DNA of 5,101 bases from a virus, in IMG/VR virus record IMGVR_UViG_3300045988_016794, positions 1 through 5,101 of that record. One strand, given 5' to 3'. The position numbers were made by a program, and so were the translations under genes. Below are positions 1 to 2,955 of this stretch, one piece after another; position 1 is the stretch's first letter; each line of letters opens with the position of its first letter. The notes below the pieces were generated by a model. The model saw nothing but the letters and a program-made list of their open reading frames with translations, did not search any database and was not told where the DNA came from.

Positions 1-141
1 TGAAAAAAACGTCGCAGAAGCCGATTCTGTGCGTCAGAGTACCCATGGTACAGTTCTTCAGAATGGTATTCTTGCAAATGATTTGAATCTTCGTGAGCAG
101 ACTTATGAAAAGCGTCTTGGTTACGAACTTGAAAAGATGAA
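1..141. repeat. Terminal redundancy, copy 1 (identical to 4961..5101). This is the linearisation overlap of a circular genome.
   Basis: A base-by-base comparison of 1..141 with 4961..5101 gives a perfect match to the last base of the window. The repeat lies inside one continuous reading frame (VP2), as expected when a circle is written past its start. Confidence 0.95.
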
Positions 142-397
142 TTTGGAGCTTGAAAACCTTCGGCTTCAGGGTTCTTACCTTAGCTCTGGTGTTTTAAACA
201 ACATTGCTTCTGCTAATCGTGCTAATTCTGCCGCTGCTTTTGATAATATTCAAACTGAAATGGCAGGTATGGAACGTGATTTCTATAAAAATATTGAAAG
301 TCTTACAGGTACTCCCAGGTCTGTCGCCAGCGGTGTTGGTTCCACCATCAAAAATGTTGTAGGCTTCCTCGGAGGTCGTTACTTTGGAAGGAGATAA
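2..397 (+). CDS. DNA pilot / minor capsid protein VP2, C-terminal part (5'-partial in this linearisation; continues from 4629..4960).
   Basis: The frame is open from base 2 and in phase with the ATG at 4629 once 4961 is equated with 1. The GTG at 29 in the ORF track is an internal codon. The sequence has a coiled-coil-like stretch (NDLNLREQTYEKRLGYELEKMNLELENLRLQG) and a Gly-rich basic C-terminus (GFLGGRYFGRR). The stop is TAA at 395..397. The joined product is 242 aa, a typical size and position (directly after VP1) for gokushovirus VP2. Confidence 0.85.
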   Translation, partial: EKNVAEADSVRQSTHGTVLQNGILANDLNLREQTYEKRLGYELEKMNLELENLRLQGSYLSSGVLNNIASANRANSAAAFDNIQTEMAGMERDFYKNIESLTGTPRSVASGVGSTIKNVVGFLGGRYFGRR

Positions 398-401
398 TTT
401 T

Positions 402-641
402 ATGTCCAACAAAACTACTATGATTCTGACTTTTATTGTTTCTGTTGTTGTTCCCTTTATTCAGGAAGTTGTGGATCTAATTGAAGCTCTTAGAGGTAGA
501 GCTTCTTTAGATACTGTGACTGCCAAAAAAGTTGTCTCGGACTTTCAAGCTGATGTTTCTCAACTTGTTGAGCCAGTTGCTAATAAGAACGATTCTAAAA
601 AAACTAGCCGTTTTTTCGGTTCTTGGAGGGATTCTAAATGA
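402..641 (+). CDS. Hypothetical small protein (79 aa) with a hydrophobic N-terminal segment; function unknown.
   Basis: ATG at 402 lies 8 nt after a strong Shine-Dalgarno GGAAGGAG (386..393). The TTG at 384 in the ORF track has no RBS. The gene occupies its own slot 4 nt after the VP2 stop. 44 of 79 codons end in T, matching the bias of the recognised genes. The N-terminus TTMILTFIVSVVVPFIQEVV is hydrophobic with Pro18, and the C-terminal half is polar and charged. The stop TGA (639..641) overlaps the next ATG as ATGA. Confidence 0.65.
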   Translation: MSNKTTMILTFIVSVVVPFIQEVVDLIEALRGRASLDTVTAKKVVSDFQADVSQLVEPVANKNDSKKTSRFFGSWRDSK

Positions 642-748
642 GACGTCGCCGTTTATCTAAACGTGGTTCACGCCGTCTTTTCCGGCGTACCTCCAGATCT
701 CGTCGTAGAAATTTTAAAAGAGTAGGACGAGGTGGATTTAGGATTTGA
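638..748 (+). CDS. Arginine-rich small DNA-binding/packaging protein (36 aa), analogous to phiX174 J and gokushovirus ORF8/VP8.
   Basis: This ORF is absent from the ORF track because it is too short. ATG at 638..640 lies 8 nt after GGAGG (625..629) and overlaps the upstream stop (ATGA). The translation is MRRRRLSKRGSRRLFRRTSRSRRRNFKRVGRGGFRI, with 16 Arg and 2 Lys in 36 residues and no acidic residues. The stop is TGA at 746..748. Confidence 0.75.
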   Translation: MRRRRLSKRGSRRLFRRTSRSRRRNFKRVGRGGFRI

Positions 749-773
749 CATTCTGATTTAATCCTGATACAAT
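745..773 (+). promoter_or_regulatory. Sigma70-type promoter upstream of VP4: TTGACA - 17 nt - TACAAT with an extended -10 TGn.
   Basis: The -35 is a perfect TTGACA at 745..750, the spacer is 17 nt (751..767), and the -10 is TACAAT at 768..773. TG at 765..766 forms the extended -10. The predicted start near 780 falls just at the AGGTGA RBS of VP4, which implies a very short leader. Confidence 0.6.
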
Positions 774-790
774 CGGTACAGGTGATTAAT

Positions 791-1702
791 ATGGTTTGTT
801 ATAATCCTATTCTTATGTACCCAGTCGAAGGAGCGATTACGAAAAATGGAAAGCAGTATTATAGTTTTTACGGTAGCCTTGCCTCTCACCCTGAGCTTGC
901 TTGTGATAGCCGTTTCATTCGTTGTTCTTGTAAACAATGCATCGGCTGTCGTCTCGAAAATAGTAGACAATGGGCTGTCCGTGCTGTTCACGAAGCCCGT
1001 TCTTCGTCTTCTGCTTATTTCGTTACTTGTACTTTTGACGATTATCATTTGCCACGCGATAAAAGCTTAAGCAAGAAATTTCATCAGACTTTCATGAAGA
1101 ATCTTCGTCGTGAGTATGGTAGCGGTATTCGTTTTCTCGGTTGCGGTGAATATGGTGAACTTCATGATCGTCCCCATTATCATTACATATTGTTTAATAT
1201 TGATTTTAGCGACAAAATTTTTCGGTTCCGTACAGACGGTTATAATACTTATACTTCTTTTCGTTTTGCGAAGGTCTGGAAATACGGTATGCATCTTATT
1301 GGTGAGTTTAGTTTTGACGCTGCTGCCTATGTCGCCCGTTATATAGTTAAAAAGCAGACTGGCATTAAAGCTGCTGCTCACTATAAAGGCCGTACGCCTG
1401 AGTTTATGCTTGCATCTAATCGTCCTGGCATAGGCGGAAAATGGCTTGAAGAGCATGGTGAAGAGTGTTATGCTAACGATTATATTGTTATCAATGGTAG
1501 AAAGATGCGTCCTCCTCGTTATTACGATAAGAAATTCGATGAAACGCATCCTCACTGGATGGAGTTTATTCGCAATAACCGTATTGAGAAAATGCTGCAT
1601 AACTTGGAGAACAATACTTTTGAGCGTTTAATTGACCGTTGTAGAGTTCAGGAAGGAAAGTATAAACATTTTCTTGGCAGAAAACTTGACAAGGTATTAT
1701 GA
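791..1702 (+). CDS. Replication initiation protein VP4 (HUH rolling-circle endonuclease, 303 aa).
   Basis: ATG at 791 lies after AGGTGA (780..785). The GTG at 782 in the ORF track sits inside that RBS. The N-terminus MVCYNP and the Cys cluster CSCKQCIGCR are typical of gokushovirus VP4. Rep motif I is YFVTCTFDD (1016..1042), the HUH motif is PHYHYILFN (1172..1198), and the two-tyrosine catalytic motif is AAAYVARYIVKK (1319..1354). The stop is TGA at 1700..1702. Confidence 0.93.
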   Translation: MVCYNPILMYPVEGAITKNGKQYYSFYGSLASHPELACDSRFIRCSCKQCIGCRLENSRQWAVRAVHEARSSSSAYFVTCTFDDYHLPRDKSLSKKFHQTFMKNLRREYGSGIRFLGCGEYGELHDRPHYHYILFNIDFSDKIFRFRTDGYNTYTSFRFAKVWKYGMHLIGEFSFDAAAYVARYIVKKQTGIKAAAHYKGRTPEFMLASNRPGIGGKWLEEHGEECYANDYIVINGRKMRPPRYYDKKFDETHPHWMEFIRNNRIEKMLHNLENNTFERLIDRCRVQEGKYKHFLGRKLDKVL

Positions 1703-1714
1703 CTGTGTTATTAT
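1686..1714 (+). promoter_or_regulatory. Sigma70-type promoter inside the VP4 3' end: TTGACA - 17 nt - TATTAT with an extended -10 TGn.
   Basis: TTGACA is at 1686..1691, the spacer is 17 nt (1692..1708), TG is at 1706..1707, and TATTAT is at 1709..1714. The predicted start near 1721 is immediately 5' of AAGGAG (1725..1730). Confidence 0.5.
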
Positions 1715-1732
1715 TAAGTCAGTAAAGGAGTG

Positions 1733-1984
1733 ATGCTTATTAAACGATTTTCTAGTGAGTTTACCGCTGTTCATTTTTATTGCGTACATAAGGGTATAAC
1801 ATTCGATTTTTCTTTTAGAGGCTCTAAGTATGCCGCTTACAAGCTTAAGTCTGATGGTTCTAATGTTATTCGTCTTGATAATGAATATTTTGTTATACCT
1901 AATTCTTTGTATTTGATGATTCGTCGTTTTTTGATTCATTACAGAAAAGGAGATGTTGAAACTGAGACTTTATTCTATTTATGA
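1733..1984 (+). CDS. Hypothetical protein (83 aa), an orphan ORF between VP4 and VP5.
   Basis: The frame is open, 50 of 83 codons end in T (my count, the same bias as the recognised genes), and AAGGAG sits at 1725..1730. The spacing to ATG 1733 is only 2 nt, so the start is uncertain. I recognise no motif. The 3' end overlaps the VP5 start by 32 nt in a different frame. Confidence 0.5.
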   Translation: MLIKRFSSEFTAVHFYCVHKGITFDFSFRGSKYAAYKLKSDGSNVIRLDNEYFVIPNSLYLMIRRFLIHYRKGDVETETLFYL

Positions 1985-2243
1985 TTCCAAGGCTGAACAG
2001 TTCAGCCCTCCGCAGGTTTATCACAATGATATGCTCGCTCTGCGAGCTTTTGAGGGTATAGTTAACGATGATAAAATGCTTATTAAAAAGTATCCTGAAG
2101 ATTTTACTCTTTATTATGTTGGCAATCTCGGTGACAGCGACGGTCGCTATCACGTGGAGAATTGCGACGAATCCCGTGTTCCTATCATGGTTGGTCGCGC
2201 CATAGAATATGTGCAGCCTGTTGACAATGATTCTACCAAATGA
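1953..2243 (+). CDS. Nonstructural protein VP5 (ORF5 family, 96 aa).
   Basis: The N-terminal pattern LYSIYDSKAEQFSPP...ALRAFEGIVN...IKKYPEDFTLYYVGNLGDSDG matches the pattern I recall for gokushovirus ORF5/VP5 proteins (hydrophobic-x-D-x-K-x-E-x-F-x-x-P, then A-x-R-x-F, then KK-x-PED-x-x-LY-x-x-G). AAGGAG (1947..1952) directly abuts the ATG, so the exact start could instead be TTG 1956. The stop is TGA at 2241..2243. Confidence 0.8.
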   Translation: MLKLRLYSIYDSKAEQFSPPQVYHNDMLALRAFEGIVNDDKMLIKKYPEDFTLYYVGNLGDSDGRYHVENCDESRVPIMVGRAIEYVQPVDNDSTK

Positions 2244-2249
2244 TAATCT
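2221..2249 (+). promoter_or_regulatory. Candidate sigma70-type promoter at the VP5 3' end: TTGACA - 17 nt - TAATCT with an extended -10 TGn.
   Basis: TTGACA is at 2221..2226, the spacer is 17 nt, and TG is at 2241..2242 (also part of the VP5 TGA stop). TAATCT at 2244..2249 matches the -10 consensus at 3 of 6 positions, including the key T, A and final T. Confidence is lower because a terminator-like hairpin follows within about 20 nt of the predicted start. Confidence 0.35.
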
Positions 2250-2266
2250 AATAAAGAGCGTATCAG

Positions 2267-2301
2267 AAAAAGGACGATCTCGTAGAGATCGCCCTTTTTT
2301 T
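2267..2301 (+). terminator. Rho-independent terminator-like hairpin with a T7 tract, downstream of VP5.
   Basis: The stem pairs GGaCGATCTC (2272..2281) with GAGATCGcCC (2285..2294), giving 9 of 10 pairs with one A-C mismatch and a GTA loop. T7 follows immediately (2295..2301) and A5 precedes it (2267..2271), so the A and T runs could extend the stem. The element lies in the 106-nt non-coding spacer 2244..2349. Confidence 0.6.
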
Positions 2302-2349
2302 GTACGCCACGCCCGCCGCGTCTAGGCGCCTGCGAAAGGAGGTGAAACT

Positions 2350-2832
2350 ATGAAATTTAAGACAGCTTATGATCCTGTAGAAGAACATAATCATTGCGGT
2401 ATTGAGTTTACCATGCCTTCTCTTACGGTCCAGGATGAGAAAGATGAAACTGATATCAATTACATCGTAAATAAGTATGCAGACGGTCAGAAAGGTATCA
2501 TGACTCTTGACCTGGGCGATAGTTCGCAATACGCTTATCTGCAGTTCGGAGATGCAACGCTTCCTGGCGACTACAGTACAGCTCTTGAGCTTGTATCCGG
2601 AGTTCGTGAAGAATTCTACAGCCTGCCCGCTTACGTTCGAGCAAAATTCGGTCACGATCCTATGAATTTCATCGATCGATTGAATGATCCTGCAACGCTC
2701 GAATATCTCCAACAACAAGGTCTTTATAGTAGCAAACATACCTTTGATGAACCACAACAGTCCGCAAGTAGTGAACAAACACAAGAAAAAAGTAACACTT
2801 CAGAACAAAATAATAAAGAAACACAAAAATAG
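2350..2832 (+). CDS. Internal scaffolding protein VP3 (160 aa).
   Basis: ATG at 2350 follows a very strong RBS, AAGGAGGTGA (2336..2345). The motif PSLTVQDEKDETDINYIVNKY, then GDATLPGDY, then FYSLPAYVRAKFGHDPMNFIDRLNDP and LQQQGL matches the gokushovirus VP3 (Chp2-type scaffold) pattern I recall. The stop is TAG at 2830..2832. Confidence 0.85.
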   Translation: MKFKTAYDPVEEHNHCGIEFTMPSLTVQDEKDETDINYIVNKYADGQKGIMTLDLGDSSQYAYLQFGDATLPGDYSTALELVSGVREEFYSLPAYVRAKFGHDPMNFIDRLNDPATLEYLQQQGLYSSKHTFDEPQQSASSEQTQEKSNTSEQNNKETQK

Positions 2833-2881
2833 GCGGCACCGAAGCCAGTTACTTACTTGATGTAACTGGCGTAGGTGACGC
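2833..2881 (+). other. Extended stem-loop 1 in the VP3-VP1 intergenic spacer.
   Basis: A perfect 9-bp stem pairs GCCAGTTAC (2844..2852) with GTAACTGGC (2862..2870), with a 9-nt loop TTACTTGAT (2853..2861). Across a 3x3 internal loop the stem is extended by GCGGCACC (2833..2840) pairing with GGTGACGC (2874..2881), 7 of 8 pairs. No T tract follows, so this is not a canonical terminator. Confidence 0.8.
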
Positions 2882-2893
2882 AAAAATAAACTA

Positions 2894-2933
2894 AAACCTA
2901 AGAATGATTTGCTTTAGGATAATTCTTAGGTTT
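2894..2933 (+). other. Stem-loop 2 in the VP3-VP1 intergenic spacer, just upstream of the VP1 RBS.
   Basis: A perfect 12-bp stem pairs AAACCTAAGAAT (2894..2905) with ATTCTTAGGTTT (2922..2933), with a 16-nt loop (2906..2921). The loop contains TTAGG (2914..2918), which could alternatively pair with CCTAA (2897..2901). Confidence 0.8.
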
Positions 2934-2955
2934 ACACTCCGAAGAAGGTGAAAAT

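Noticed and set aside
1-141. The 141-nt direct terminal repeat as a biological element (a DTR of a linear phage, an LTR, or transposon ends).
   Set aside because: The repeat is exact and interrupts one continuous ORF. Everything else matches a circular ssDNA microvirus, so an assembly or linearisation overlap is the simplest explanation.
598-616. A small A/T-only hairpin (AAAAAAC-TAGCC-GTTTTTT) near the end of the 402..641 ORF.
   Set aside because: The stem is 7 bp and almost all A-T, it lies inside coding sequence, and its stability is marginal. It probably results from the Lys-Lys and Phe-Phe codons rather than being a regulatory element.
29-784. ORF-track start codons GTG 29, TTG 384 and GTG 782 (and GTG 1730).
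   Set aside because: GTG 29 is an internal codon of VP2 once the circle is closed. TTG 384, GTG 782 and GTG 1730 fall inside or before the Shine-Dalgarno sequences that serve the downstream ATGs at 402, 791 and 1733.
1946-1984. A programmed +1 frameshift fusing the 1733 ORF to VP5: an SD-like AAAGGAG lies inside the upstream ORF, and VP5 is in its +1 frame.
   Set aside because: The SD-like element is about 30 nt from the upstream stop. There is no slippery codon comparable to CUU-UGA at TTA-TGA. VP5 homologs begin at about this position, so independent initiation is sufficient.
2909-2938. A possible weak promoter TTGCTT-18-TACACT directly upstream of VP1.
   Set aside because: The -35 matches at only 3 of 6 positions and the spacing is suboptimal. 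The element is buried in stem-loop 2. The predicted start would fall on the VP1 RBS itself. It is much weaker than the three TTGACA promoters.
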